A stretch of DNA of 63,453 nt, filler included, from Choristocarpus tenellus KU-1152 (lineage: Eukaryota > Protista > Phaeophyceae), in the NCBI GenBank assembly GCA_964200185.2. It is 9 parts of 9 records of this genome, joined end to end, with 100 filler letters (N's around TTAATTAATTAA, not from the genome) between each part and the next. Parts side by side here need not be neighbours in the genome. Positions count along the whole stretch, not along the records: positions 18,477 to 29,579 come from CAXNAD020002504.1; positions 29,680 to 32,870 come from CAXNAD020021658.1; positions 32,971 to 52,829 come from CAXNAD020000439.1; 6 more parts are not named here. One strand, given 5' to 3'. The position numbers and the translations under genes were made by a program. Within the stretch, counting starts at the first letter, position 1, and every line of letters begins with the position of its first letter. The notes under the pieces are model-generated. The model searched no databases, was not told the DNA's origin, and saw only the letters and a list, made by a program, of their open reading frames with translations. Of this stretch, positions 26,901 through 40,151 are shown piece after piece.

Positions 26901-27039
26901 CAGTACCGTCTCCAATAGGCGGACCATTGTCCTCCGGTATGCATCGTTCCACCCCTGCCCCATCTGGCATAGCAGGACTAAGCTCCATCCCAGAACCCTT
27001 TTCCGAAATGATATTTTGTTGCGGACTCGATGAATCCAT
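19642..27039 (-). CDS. TTC5: Tetratricopeptide repeat protein 5 (5' six exons, 264 codons; 3' end not found)
   Basis: Phase-consistent GT-AG exons: 27039-26761, 26197-26100, 24155-24092, 23652-23542, 21326-21240, 19794-19642. Encodes RARISYLRGRALDVFNEYSEEAEKCMARAVKLNPLDVDSWNGLGHCLWKK..., SLRQLSMLLRQL and ESLLRAKEAVAMGLSDSKSWYVLGNAHL, matching TTC5 TPR motifs. Confidence 0.92.
20080..20448. repeat. 41-bp minisatellite, ~9 copies (TTC5 intron 5)
   Basis: Unit GCATTCAACCAATCAACAGAAGCCGCTAGCAAAACAGGCAG in tandem with no spacers. A 38-bp unit x3 follows at ~20497-20620. Confidence 0.95.
20879..21133. repeat. (CTTGTA)n hexamer microsatellite with variants
   Basis: Direct reading; it generates the spurious LVLVLV/TCTCTC/YLYLYL ORFs. 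Confidence 0.95.
21436..21757. repeat. Interstitial telomeric tracts: (CCCTAA)n at 21436-21476 and (GGGTTA)n at 21721-21757
   Basis: About 7 and 6 copies, in opposite orientation, within TTC5 intron 4. Confidence 0.9.
22523..23964. repeat. Cluster of simple repeats flanking TTC5 exon 4
   Basis: (TTA)n 22523-22656, (GAACACGAT)x14 23098-23223, (AAT)n 23296-23472, (AGA)n 23480-23513, (GA)n 23711-23750, (GTGTATCAACAACAA)x6 23767-23857, (AAT)n 23906-23964. Confidence 0.95.
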
Positions 27040-27249
27040 GCTAACACCAAATCTTGTTGCTGAACCCTCTCACCCTCCTATATCATCAGCTTTGGGCGCG
27101 AGACTCTCCGATCCTGATTCTGTCTTCCCACCCATACCCGAGTAAAAAGTTCGAGTGATTGGACAGGCAGCGAGCTCAGTCCACCTCCATTACCACACTT
27201 CCACTACTCCTCTTCTCTCTCGGTCCTGCAACAACTTTCCTCACATAAA

Positions 27250-29450
27250 CTGATTCAAACATTGAAATTGTGTAGAATGGCGAGGTGAGATCCACCTCCG
27301 GTGGCACATCTCAGGTTGAGACTTATCGCGAACGATCTTGCCCATTTTCCAAGTTCGAGAGACAGAACAATAAACCAACCGAAGTATCTTGAAACTGACT
27401 GTCATGTCGAGACGAGGTCTAAGGGACACCTCCAGTGGCATATCTCATATTGAGAGTTTTCCGTATGTATTCGTAACGTTTAACTGGTTTCCAAGTTCGA
27501 AGACACCTCCAATGATACATCTCTGTCTGTCTGGTCGAGAGTGTTGCTAAAACGAGTCCTCGTCTTGATTCATCTGTGTGAACGATACATCATGGACTCA
27601 CCGTCCCTCCCAGCTCTTGTCAGAATCTGCGTTGACTCTTGGTCCTGTACAGATTTAGACTGTTATTTGTGCGAGTATAGAATAAGAGAGAAGAAGAGAT
27701 GGGGGCCTCGCATGATTCTCCGTAGCTGAATGCGATCTTGTGGTTGAAAAGAGAAGAGTGATAGTGTCATACATATAACGTTGTTGTAGTACCTCTTGCT
27801 TCTAGAAAGAATCACTAAAAAGAAGCACTGAGAAAATTTCCAGAAAAATTCATCACGACATAGAAAAACGTCTCGAACATGTGAACTTCAACCCAGAATT
27901 AATTCTCTAGGGACATCCTGCTAATATATTAATTGTCTTTCCGAATACTCTTGGTTGCATATTTCTGTAATCCGGATCGTATTCTACACACTCCACCATA
28001 AGAGTGTACGCAAAACAACACAGATTGCTTCAACTGTCATACACATACTATCAATACAGTGTCTGCGAAGTCTTCTGTCTGCTTCTTGCCTTGTTGCTCG
28101 TATTCAATCAGAGAGATGTTCCCCAACAAAATCCATGGTGCGCTCCTCTGGTTCAAAATGCTGCACATACCGAAGTGACTTTCTTGCCTTGCGGTGAAGT
28201 CATACATGCCAGCATAGTGGTGTGCAATCGTGTCCCATTAGCAGTCCCCTCTTGGCATAAGGGTGGACTTTCAATGAAGTTCCATGCTGCCGTTTTGTCT
28301 GGTCTACGTAGCACTCACTCCCCCAGACTCTCAGTCTGTCGTAGTTGAATCGTTTTCCTGTGAGTCATTCACATGTGTCTCCCCACCGAGGTACTCGTGC
28401 GGCATCCCTCCAGTTTCAAATGCCACGTCCGTTATGGCAAAGAACCAGCACTCCTTGCCCAGTCGCTTTCACTAGTTGGCTCCTCACAGCCTCCATTAGT
28501 TGCTTGATGGACTGTTCCATGATCCTGTTGCTCTGGGGTGCATGTGGTGGCAACCTCCTCCGCCAAATCCCATTGTTCACTAGCATGCACTAGAATCAAA
28601 TTGATTTTCCAAGTTCCCCAGCACTGTCCTCACTAATCCAGTCATAACCACAACCTATCAGGCCAATTCCCTGAGGTAGGCAGCAATTACGTCTGCCACT
28701 GTGTCTCTGGTCCTCAAGCCGTAAATCCGCTCGTCCCTTCTGCTCTCGTCAATAAATATCTGAAAGTATTTGTTCCTGTGACGTACAATTTGAAGGATCC
28801 TGCCAGATCAGTACGTATAACCTCACTGGGCTGTTTGGGGCTTGGACCTCCCCTTTGGTAGCCTAGTTTCTACGATTTGCACTCATTTGAATTTCAACTT
28901 CCATGTGAACAGCATGCCATTGAACAATAGCAGGTATCCTGTGACGCTCTGTCTCAATACAGGATTGTTGGGCCCAGTCCAAGTCCCCATACCCAAGGAG
29001 TCCCTTGTAATCTGTTTCTCCTTCAATGGGAAAGTACATCCCCAAATAGGTGGAGTCTGCAATGTAACACAGAGTAAATGTTCCAGTCCCTTTCAAGTTC
29101 CGCATACATGGTGATGATGAAGCAGTGTGACATATTTCCCTTACAGAGCTGCTGCTATCGCTAGGACGGCCCTAAATATATCATGCACCGAACTAAACAT
29201 GTTAGAGTAGTCCGCACCCTCTTCACCCTGTACCACTAACCTGGCCTTGAACCATTCAATGGTCCCTTCGGCTATCCGCTTTGTCTTGAATACAAACTTA
29301 GTTTTGACGGGTTTTCTTCCCTGTGGTAAATCCTTTATTTTTATGAAAGTTCCTTACATCCATTATCCGTCCATGTCCTTCTAAATTTCCGCCTGCCATT
29401 CTCACACGTCAGGGCCAGCGAGCACTTCTGATATAAAAGATGGTTCTTGA
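27250..29450 (-). mobile_element. Heavily decayed Ty1/copia retrotransposon remnant(s)
   Basis: Minus-strand fragments: RT-like LPQGRKPVKTKFVFKTKRIAEGTIEWFKARLVVQG (~29330-29225), RNase H start LLGYGDLDWA (~28990) and weaker integrase-like pieces (~28850-28200). Many stops and frameshifts; boundaries approximate. Confidence 0.7.
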
Positions 29451-29679
29451 TGGTCTAGAGTATGTAGTACTCACTCTCCCAGTCTCACCACTCTTGTGCA
29501 GGCAGCCCTGTTACAGGCGAATAGAGCGAGTATTTCTTCTTGTATTTCAACGAAGTGCAAACGGTTGTTACACGCGAATNNNNNNNNNNNNNNNNNNNNN
29601 NNNNNNNNNNNNNNNNNNNNNNNTTAATTAATTAANNNNNNNNNNNNNNNNNNNNNNNNNNNNNNNNNNNNNNNNNNNN

Positions 29680-29960
29680 TTTGCTACCAAACATGCCTTG
29701 TATCTAACTACCTCACCAAATTTGGTAGTCTTACGCTTGTGAATCCATTTAGTGTCTATAGCCCTGCGTCCAGGGGGTAATACGGCCTCCACCCAAACAT
29801 TATTCAACAACAAACCAGACATCTCTTCTTCTCTAGCTCGATCCCATAAATCACATTCGGGAGAGCTACATGCTGCTCTTACAGTCTTGGGTTCTGGAGG
29901 GAGCTCAACCGCTAACACTCTAATAGAATCATCACTCGCACACATCACAAGGATAGTCTA
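29680..29960 (-). mobile_element. Ty1/copia RT N-terminal fragment
   Basis: EPKTVRAA...WDRAREEEMSGLLLNNVWVEAVLPPGRRAIDTKWIHKRK...RYKACLVA; a near-duplicate of 32223-32505. Confidence 0.9.
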
Positions 29961-30815
29961 ATGGAAAACAGACGAAAAATATCAAACAATGTAACTCTTA
30001 TAAAATAAAACAGCAGAAAAATCAAAGAAGCTTGCACAATGGTGACCTCAGCATCCGGTCTCCACTTCCTGAACTCTCACCATTCTAGACCTTTATCCAT
30101 ACAATAAGCGTCTCTCTCATATTCCCCTTGTCCTATCGATCAGTCCAGGAGATACTATTCTCAACACCACCCAGCTCTTGGACTGAGAGTAGATACGATG
30201 TGTCCTCTAGTCCTCGGGAGATGTGAAGGGAAGTATCAAGATAACAACAAATAAAACACCAGAGCTATCTCATCCTCATCCTTCAAGCAGAGCGTTGTTA
30301 GGATACAAGATTGCATGCTGTATTCGGGACAAATGCGACAGACCCCAAAGTAACATGCACCCACTCATCGCGGTCAACATTGAATTTCCAATCAATCTTG
30401 CCATACCCCCACAATGGGTAGTGATGTGCCGTCAGCCACAGTCATTTTGCAGTCTTATGGACATGTGGTGAAGTCATAAATGTACTTTGGGTCTTTCGTC
30501 ACATTATTGAAAGCCCCCGACTCAAAACACCATGTTTCGAAAGCATTCTTTCTCACCTAGTTGAGAAGCTTGGCGCACGTAAGGCTCGTCGCCGGAAGCT
30601 AGCAGTTGAATTACATGGTAAAGCACGCACTATATTATTAATTATCCGCAAGGTATTGTCCACTTGATGCTATTGTCCCACTAACTTACCGTAACATACC
30701 GCTGTGTACGTTACTACCTTGTATTGTACTAAACTGAAGATCAACGTACATATAAGCCATGTTGTTTACTTGGATCAGCACAGATAACGTAAGGATAACA
30801 CTTGGATATTCGACA

Positions 30816-32870
30816 TCCTCCCCTTGCTGAAAACAAGTATTAACTCTCAAACAATCACAACAACAAAATAAAACACACATGTTGTTTCACATGTTCATCA
30901 AAAACTTATTATATTGTCTAAAAACTCGGACTGGCAAATTCTTGTTCAAGACATCTGCCCTCTGGTTTGCACAGTACTAACAAAAACAACACAAATCTCT
31001 CCTTTTCTAGATAAATCCCTCAGAAACTGATGTCGGACATCAATGTGCTTTGTTCTAGTAGAGCTTGTGGCATTTCGTACTAGTTTGCATGCATCATCGT
31101 TGTCCTCAAACAATTCAATGCAACGCCTAGGAAACTGTGGCTGAATAAACTCAAAAACACTTCTCAAAAGAAAAGTAATTCCTGCGCCACACTACTAAGA
31201 GCTATGTATTCACTCTCTGTGGAAGACAGAGCTACAACTCTTTGTACCTTTGACATCCAAGATATTGCTCCTCCTGCAAACATAATTGCTCCTCCAGTCA
31301 CTGATCTACGATAATTCCACAGTCTCCAGCATAACTAGCATCAGCATACACACTCAACTCACACTCAGTATCAAAACCACCAAAACTCAATCCAACACTG
31401 GGACACGTATTCAAATATGCTAAAATGCATTTCACTGCACAACAATGTGTGACTTTGGGATTGTTACTGTATTTGGCAACTTCGCGAACTGCATTTGCAA
31501 TATCAAGCCTGGTCATAACAGATGCATGCCCACATAAAACTACCAACTGCCTCTCTGTACGATGTATTTTCATCAACACTTGGATTATTCTCACTCTTGT
31601 CTAGAGTCCTTGAGAGATCATGGGGTACCGACCTCTTCTTTGCCCCATCCATACCAAATCTTTGACACTCTTAATGTACCTAGTCTGACTGATGGTGACA
31701 GTCTGTGCAGTTCTATCACGTGGAATCTCACAACCCATATAATAATACTCAAGATCACCAAAGTCTTCTAAGGAAAACTGCTTTTTGATCCTAGAGCGAA
31801 CCCAAATCAAAACATCAATTTTATCAGCTACCAGTAGATCATCTACATGGGGAGCTATCACAGCACAAACAACGCCATCTCTTATATAGCGTAGCACACA
31901 AGGGTCTGCTTTGCATTGCTTAAAACCACACTTTTCCAAAACGTGCACCAACAGATTATTAAACTCTCTGCTTGCCTGTTTAGTGCCATAAAGTGCCTTG
32001 ATCAAACGTACAATCTTTCCAGACCATTTACCACAACCATCACGTAGACGTATAAAGATATCTTCATTTATATCTGCTCGTATGAAAGCTTGTTTTACAT
32101 CCCAATGTTTCAATTCCCAATCCTTGTCTGCAGCTAAAGCTAAAACAATTTTTAAAGTCGCAGGGGACGGTATTGGTGCAAAGATAACTTGATAATCTAA
32201 ACCCTCAGTCTGTCGAAACCTTTTGCTGCCAAACGTGCCTTGTATCGAACTACCTCACCAAATTTGTTAGTCTTACGCTGTGAATCCATTTAGTGTCTAT
32301 AGGCCTGCGTCCAGGGGGTAATACAGCCTCCACCCAAACGTTATTCAACAACAAACCAGACATCTCTTCTGCTCTAGCTCGATCCCATAAATCACATTCG
32401 GGAGAGCTACGTGCTGCTCTTACAGTCTTAGGTTCTGGGGGGAGCTCATTAGCTAACACTCTGATAGAATTATCACTCGCACACATCACAAGGGTAGTCT
32501 CTATGGAAACAGACAAGCAAGTAAAAAAAAATTGGAAATGTCAAAAACAGCAGCTTTTGCGGAAGTAGGATGATTTCCTGATCTGGTGCGGTGGGTAAGG
32601 AAGTTGTCTTCACCATTGCCAATGCTGAGTCGTCGTAATTCCCTTTCACATTGGCTGTCCTGGCCTCATCCACCCCATCATCATCTTCATTGCTATCCTC
32701 AGTCTCCTTCACCTCGTTGACACCATCAATGTTGTCTTCATTCTCCTCCACAAGTTCATCATTATCCCATGTGTCATCACTTAGTCCACCTTCAATCCAG
32801 GTGATTCCATCATCATTACATTCACCCCCCATCTCCTGGATTTCTCCAGTCCGTCTTCTTGCATGTGGAG
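30816..32870 (-). mobile_element. Ty1/copia retrotransposon pol (RT + RNase H), frameshifted
   Basis: Motifs WDVKQAFI, LIKALYGTKQASREF, HVDDLL, YADASYA, VALSSTESEY, FEDNDDA and RTKHIDVRHQFLR. A polypurine tract AAGGGGAGGA (30825-30816) is followed by TGTCGA, the likely start of the 3' LTR at 30815 (far end not defined). Confidence 0.93.
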
Positions 32871-33026
32871 NNNNNNNNNNNNNNNNNNNNNNNNNNNNNN
32901 NNNNNNNNNNNNNNTTAATTAATTAANNNNNNNNNNNNNNNNNNNNNNNNNNNNNNNNNNNNNNNNNNNNCCCCCAAATTACCGTTGACACCCCTAGTCT
33001 ATTTGTTCTGTCTTCTTGCACCTAAC

Positions 33027-35774
33027 CTGGATGAGAGTACGAACAATGTCAGGCGCTGGCTCCGCTGCAATCTCCCTCAAAAGGTGATCTGCAAGCCTGT
33101 TCAAGAGGGCATCCGACACCACCACCGCAACACTTCCTAGACATGATGTCACTCTCTTACGTACAACCACCTTGGGGTGGGGCAGCTGCTTGAGAACAAC
33201 CGTCATGATGTGTTCGTGCTACAAGCATGTTAGAAGGGCAAGAGAGTGCACATCAGGCACAACCGGCAGAAGGGGTACAGGTATGAGGAGGATGGGGCCC
33301 TTGAGGGATGTGGACGTGTGGCAGTGGTGTTTGTCTGTCCATGTGTGATGTGAGATAGAGAGAGTTTGACATGCAGGGACACTGGGGGTTTGTGGGTGCA
33401 AAGGGTGGCTTGACTTGACTTGATTTGGCATGCACCAGGCAATGTGCGCAAAGCAGAGCAAATTGCGCATCCACTTCAATCTTTCTAACTCTCTTAAACA
33501 CACGCCTACGCATAAACATCTTAAAGGTTGGGGAACAACACACAGGGATTCACACTTAAACCTCTAAAAATGCTGCAAAATGTTAACTTGTTAAGCCTAT
33601 TCTCCAGATTGACCATAATTACAGGAAAAAAACACAGGAGCTCAAAGAAGGCGTGCATGAAGAAAAGAAATAAAAAACAGCCGTAAAGAGGAGTAGAAAG
33701 GTCTGGCATGCAGTGGTTCAACAACAACAATGACCCAGCTCTCTTCACCCAAACACACCTACACACATTCCGACACCCCAAGGCAACACTAGGACACAAC
33801 GTATGCAAAAGAAGAAAAATCAGCAAGGTGACACTATGAAACACACCAAAACGCTCAAAGCTGTCACATGTGAGTGGTATCTTGACAGACATGCCACGTC
33901 TGTCATTGTTGCTTGCTTCCCTCTGGGTGGTGAAATACAAACAACATGTGCTTACGACACACAAAGCAACAAACAAATGTGCAGTTTGGATATGCCCAAA
34001 ATGTAGCTGGAGGGCTCAAGCAGTAGACAAGGCTCAGACTGAGGCTGGGGCTTGCTTTTTGCAAGAATATGAAGAGGAAGGGCAAGGTCCAAAACTAAGG
34101 TAAGTTGTATCTGACCTCCGCCTCCACCTCCCTCCCAAAGCGCTTGAGGAGGTCCGTGAGATTGTCAAGGCACTCCTGCTTGATCTCAGTCTGGACAATA
34201 ACGGCAGCACATCACAAATGTTTACCTCAGGAGGTAGGGAGGGATAACATAGCTTTGGGTGGAGTCAGGCAGGGGATTGAGTAAGGGTATATATCAATGT
34301 AACTAAGTAAAAAAATGGCAACCAGGGCAAGGAAGGCACCCAGTGGGAAGAGGGATAGGGGGCAATGTGCCCCCCACACACTTGTAAGAAGGGGCGAATA
34401 AGCGCCAAAGAAAGACAAAGTTTGTACAGTCAAGCAACCCAACTCAAGAAGAAGGGGAAAAAGAATGTGGTCAAGTTCACCATGACCAGGAGAACCTCAA
34501 CAAGGTAGCTCTTTAAAGATATGTTTTTCTATTTTCTGAGCCCATGCCAGTGTATACTATGCCATTGGCCTTGCAGTGATAATCGCTTCAAATCAAATGA
34601 AACACAAACACAAACCAAAGAGAAACAAGTGAGACCTACAGCACAAGTATACACAAAATTCTATCCTCAAGAAGCGTCGTATGAGCCTGGTTGTGGGTAG
34701 GCACTGTTAAGAATAGCTTGACAGAGGCTTCAGGATACGGCACTGCACTACTGTTAGGGCTCCTCTTCAGTTTGACTGTCTCGCGCCCACCAAACAAAGT
34801 GTGCAATCAACTGTACTGTCAACGCAGCAACAATACGACTCTTCGCATGAAAACCAAATGTTGGCAAAGGGGCGGGGATGGAGAGGGAGGCACCCCAACC
34901 TCTGCAAATAATTATTGTGCTTGGACTGAACAGCCACATCTTCCGAGAGGTAAGAAACAAAAATATAGATAGGAGCACACAACAAAATAGACACAAATAC
35001 ACACACACAAAAACAAATGCTCACAACTACCTCCTCAACAACAACAAAGACAAAAAAATTGCAAAAAAAGGAAGCAAGGAGAGACGTGTGAACTATCACA
35101 ACTTCATGGAGACTCAGAAGGCTCCAAGGAAACAAACGTGTTTCTAACCTCTTCGTGACTACCCCAAACTATTAATACAACATCCTAAAACCACATTAAA
35201 ACCCTAACCCTAACAACATATCAAATCAATAAAACCTTGAACCCAACCCTAACAACAGACCAATGAAGTGAGAGCAGCAACAGGAGCACATCGAGATATT
35301 GAGGTACTGAGGTACTGAGGTTTGAACTTCCTAGTTTCCAGGTTCTACTTCTGACCTTGTTGTCCTGCTCACTGCACACGCCCACCAAGAGACGCTCTGC
35401 AAGGCGCTGTGCCACACTGGGACCATACGATTGCGGCACATCTGATATCAAAGTCTTCAGCCCTGTACGTAGGTATACATGAAAAACACAAGCAAGGGGG
35501 TAAGAAGGAAGTGGATGGTTCCAGAACTACACAGGGGTAAGGAGTTTGGCCTAGCCAGGGTATCTAGGTGAGTTTTGATGTCTTTGATGACCACAAGCCT
35601 ACTCTCATCCACAAATCAGTATACGCTAGTACCTGGGACACAACAGTAAGAATACTGTGAAGGGCAAGATCTTGCTGAAGATCACCAGATACCAACACAT
35701 CCTGTATTGTATCCCCTACTGTGGATGGTAGCAAGCTACTTGTCAATAAATACACCACATGAGGCTTACAAGGG

Positions 35775-35809
<35 letters not shown>

Positions 35810-38056
35810 TACAAACACCACCAGGTATGCACCATCTACTACTACTAACAATACGAATAGTACATGTAATTGGTTGGCTTGGTCATGCCTACACAACACA
35901 ACCTCCTATTTGAGATCAGTTTTGGAAAGATAAAAGATGATACAAAGTCTAAAATGATACATTTGCAATTTCTCGGGAAAAGCCTTGCTCTCAAGAAATG
36001 AGAAACAACACATTCACTCTTAACAACTCTGAGTTACTTCTGGTCGCTCTGTAGCAACTGTGGCCAGACCATTTGGCTCCGGAGCTTGAGAGAGAACTCC
36101 CTGAGGTCTATTCTCTTTATCCTTGTAGCTGTGGCTCATTCAGCAAAATATTGTTTATCACTTACAAATATTTCCTTGGAAATAGGCGTCAAACCAACAC
36201 ATCATCAAACATCTCAGGTCGATTCCAATTGGAGAGACATTGTACTGGGTCAACATTACATCGTTTCGGAACAAATACTAGACAACTGTGATCAAAATGG
36301 CTCATTTCCTCACAAGCAATTTTTGAAAGACCAGATCTTAAATCCTGTTGTCAAGACTGTCAACACGGTCTTGACTTCAGCTGTCACCTTGCATTGTGTT
36401 GCCTGGAACTTAGCACTATTAATACCACTGTGTTTTTCTTGATCAATAGCCAACTCCCTTCCCACAGAACAGAGCACACTGGTACCTGGCACGTTGCAAC
36501 AAGCACAGTCACACCTGACCTAGACCATTCTTACATTCTTACATTCTTGCCATTCTGCACCACCTAGCAGTACACTCTACATCATTGCATGGGAGTAGGC
36601 TACTGACAGAGCACCCCCCAACTCGACATTGAAAAGAATGGCAACTAACAATCTCAATGGCCACTTGAGGCTTGACTGTCATCTACTACAACAAAGGTTT
36701 GTTGAAATGTTTCAGGTCAGATTCACCCAACAGCGAACAGACAAAGCAAAGTGAGCCTTACCTATTGAGTAGATGTCCCGCAACTCTGGCTTCCCCTCTA
36801 GAATGAGCTCGCATAGCTTGTCACAGATCTCCCCAACCTGAGTCAGAATTTTTAGCGCCATTCACATAATCAGAGAGGAAAATTCAGCAAGTAGGTTGGT
36901 CATAGCAAGGTTCGGAACTCTGTCAGTTGCACTAACATAGGAGGGACTGTCAAAAGTGCAGCAGTTAATGGTTGAATTCAAGGAATTTGTGAAGGCAAGC
37001 AAAGGTGGGCAGAGAAGCAAGGGGTGCAAAGTCTGCAGACTGTTCTGATCATTTTATTCCCTATCACAGTGCATGCAACTTCTCAGTAAAATCTCACTCT
37101 TCTCTAGCAATGGGTTGCATTATCAGTTGTATTGAGCATTGTACTGCACACTGCAGAACTTCAATGGGGACATGCCTTTGGGTCAAATGCCACAGGATGC
37201 CAAAAGATGTCATGGCGTATGCCAAGAACAAACACAATGCAGGGATTGGAGGATGACAGTAATAACATAGGCAACAGCTCCTGCGGATTGAATAACATGG
37301 CACATATACAAGGTCACAGGCGAGGGAAGAGGAAACGCCAGGGACAGGGGGGGGGGGGGGGGGGGTGGAGAAGAGGAGATATCACCTGTGCTTCCTGCAC
37401 CTTCTTGAGAAGGGCCCCAAGGCATTTGACTGCAATTGTCTGCACGTCATTGCTGTTATCATCCAGCTGCTTCAGCACAGCTGCACATATGCGCCTCTCC
37501 ATCGTAGCATCGATCTGAAAAAAGATATAAACAGCATGAAATAGGATGGATGCAATGGTCAAAGATTCATACAGTAAGGATCACCATGAGTGGAGAAACA
37601 TGACGAGTGCGATGACAAGGGATCCATAGAGATCTCTGTTGCGCAACCATCAGTCAATAGACTGCACATTAAAAAGGCAGTCTAGTAGAGCGCAATCAAG
37701 CCTGTCAACAAGCAGTCCCAAACCCCCTGTTCCGATGATGAATCAATAAAAGGGGATATGGAGTGAGAGTGTAAGACACAAAGAGCTCTCTAATTTAGCG
37801 TGTCTCTGCCCAGCAAAAGGACCACTAATCTTAAAGCACATATCATTGTATAGACGTGATCAAGAGCTACGCAACTGTGCAGTAGTTGCAAATCATCTAT
37901 GTTTTCAGTCGTTACAATTGTAGGCACCAGTCTCACCTTGATGTCCTTCTGCAGCTCGTTGCAGAGGTCATTGGTGGCCATATATCGCTCATCCTTGTCC
38001 CAGTTGCTTGTCTTTTCCAAGAGGCTGTTCAGTGTCATTCCCATGGTAGGGCTCAT
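33027..38056 (-). CDS. CAND1: Cullin-associated NEDD8-dissociated protein 1 (first six exons, 233 codons; truncated by contig end)
   Basis: Phase-consistent exons 38056-37937, 37514-37386, 36837-36762, 35462-35356, 34190-34116, 33218-33027. Motifs LLEKTSNWDKDERYMATNDL, LDDNSNDVQTIAVKCLG, ELRDIYSIGLKTLI and ECLDNLTDLLKRFG. Confidence 0.95.
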
Positions 38057-39141
38057 CCTTACCTCCTTCGTGCCAAGTCTTTCCCCCAACTGTCTGGGAG
38101 CCTCTCCCCCTCCAACGGAGAGGAGGGCTCCAGCGTATGGAGTTCCCTGCGGTAACCAAAGGTTACGATGTTGAGCTTAGGATTTTTCGGCTCTTAGATG
38201 GTCTGTTGGGGAGAGAATGTATAATGCACAGACTGTGCCCAGCCACAAACAAATGGCTGGAGGGACTCGACAGGTCAGAAACACATGTACTGGCCATACT
38301 GGAGGAGGTGACAGGTGATTAAAATTGTAACCGATTATTGTATGCATCAATATCTTCATATGCTGCAAAAGATTGGATACTAAACAATATGACAGGGGCA
38401 TTTTGCCGGTATACTACGGAACCTACGGAAGACGGAACTCCAAGCAATTGCACATCTGGTAAGAGTAGGACGTTGCACCTTGTTCTGAGCACGGTGGAGG
38501 TGACTATCACTAAATTATGCAACCAATCTACATGGTGATATAATTTCCATTTTGTGTTAGAGGATTAGAGAAAAAATGGCGCAAAAAGTCAGTCCAGATC
38601 CAAGTGACCAAGAGATGCACCATAGACCTTGAACAAAATTACCTCGCACAGCACATCTTAAAACCTTTGTCAGAGTTGCTACCCTCCCATCTGTGTTTGA
38701 TAGAGCGATATCAAGATCGAGCACTGCTTGAATCCAGTGCTTTAACGACCTGCAGGGAACCTTTCACACACAAAAAAAACACTACCACACCTCTAAAGGA
38801 AGTGAGAGAAGAGGTTGAGGCGTGGATATATCGTGGCCAATCTTCTGCAGCGGAGAAACCTACCTCACAGCTGAGATTGATTAAGGGCGATGGCCACTGT
38901 CGTCTTCACGACTCAATCGCCCACGATGGGTTTGCACGAAGATCGTCTTTAAAAGCTGTGTCTATCATGGAACCTGTAAGTTTGAGAGAGGAGATGTCCT
39001 TGGATGGACGGGTGGATGGACCCTAGAACTAATATTTGTCCTAACCCTAAGTCGTGATTTAGAAATTGGGTGAGAGATCTCAACACCATCAAATACATTA
39101 GAAGGAGGATCTCATTGCTTATGCTTGGTAGCAGTGAGATA

Positions 39142-40151
39142 ATGATCACCTCGGAGCTTTACCCTTCGTTCTCCCGCAACTTTGCTGATGAGCAAGGATA
39201 TGCTGATGCAGCGCATACCCTGAAGATATCTTCATCTCCTCTGGATAGTACATCGATCACTCTTGCGCCTTCAATGCGATGGAAGAGAACTACCCGACAA
39301 CAGCTCGATGGTAACCCGTGTGCCGTAAAGACCCTGGTAGTGGCTTTCCAGGGAAGTGGGGTATCGTTCGTCAAGAAATGCTTTGACCTACAGGAGGCAC
39401 AGTGGGTGGGAACAGTGATCCTATGTGAGGCAGAGCCTTCCCCGACTGGCGGAGACACACTGGACCCCAGTGATCCTCTCAACGCCTCGTGCAATATTTT
39501 TCTCAAGGGTGACGTAGCCATCGCGCTCTGCGGATACAAAGTGTTTCCAAAGGCTTCGCACAGGTGGGCGGCTGAGCTCCTAACTCACATCATGGCTGAG
39601 ACGGTGGTGGTATATGCTACCATACCCGGAACAGGAGCTGGTTCTGTGCAGGTCTTGGCTACGACAGCGGTGGAGGATAAGGACGGCGAGAAGGTGAGAT
39701 TCTAAGGCGTAAAATCTTGACCGGTAACAAGGTTTTTGAGTCTCTGTCCTCCCGCCTGCCGAGACAAATCGTGATTTGGAGAAAATTTCAATCTGGACTT
39801 GGTTTATATCCTTTCCCGAACGTCCTCGTCAACCCTATCGTTAAGTCGACTCGTTTCCATAACCCTGGGCAGATCAAGGGGGGGTTCCCGCAGCTTGTCA
39901 CGCCCATTCTTCTGACTGGGGCACCAGCGGCAGTTATCTCCTACTGTCAGCGACGTGGACTCCCTGCTGTCTGCTACGTGACTGTTGCTGGTCAGGGAGA
40001 GACTAATGTAGCCACAAAAGCATTTGCTTCTACAGTCCCTGCTTTGAACACGCTGACCGGAGGCGCGGTCGTCACATCCGAGGTCACTCCCTCTTTGGAC
40101 AGTGGGATGGACAATGACTTCCAACAGAGAGTAAGCAGTCTCTACCTTTAA
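39142..40151 (+). CDS. PSMG1: Proteasome assembly chaperone 1 (PAC1)-like, ~276 aa, two exons
   Basis: Exons 39142-39693 and 39873-40151 (GT-AG, phase 0); alternative ATG at 39121. C-terminal FPQLVTPILLTGAPAAVISYCQRRGLPAVCY matches the PAC1 PAAVLSYCQ motif, and the length fits. Confidence 0.75.

Noticed and set aside
38604-39026. 140-aa ORF between CAND1 and PSMG1
   Set aside because: Non-ATG start, no recognisable motif, and it lies in the presumed shared promoter or UTR region.
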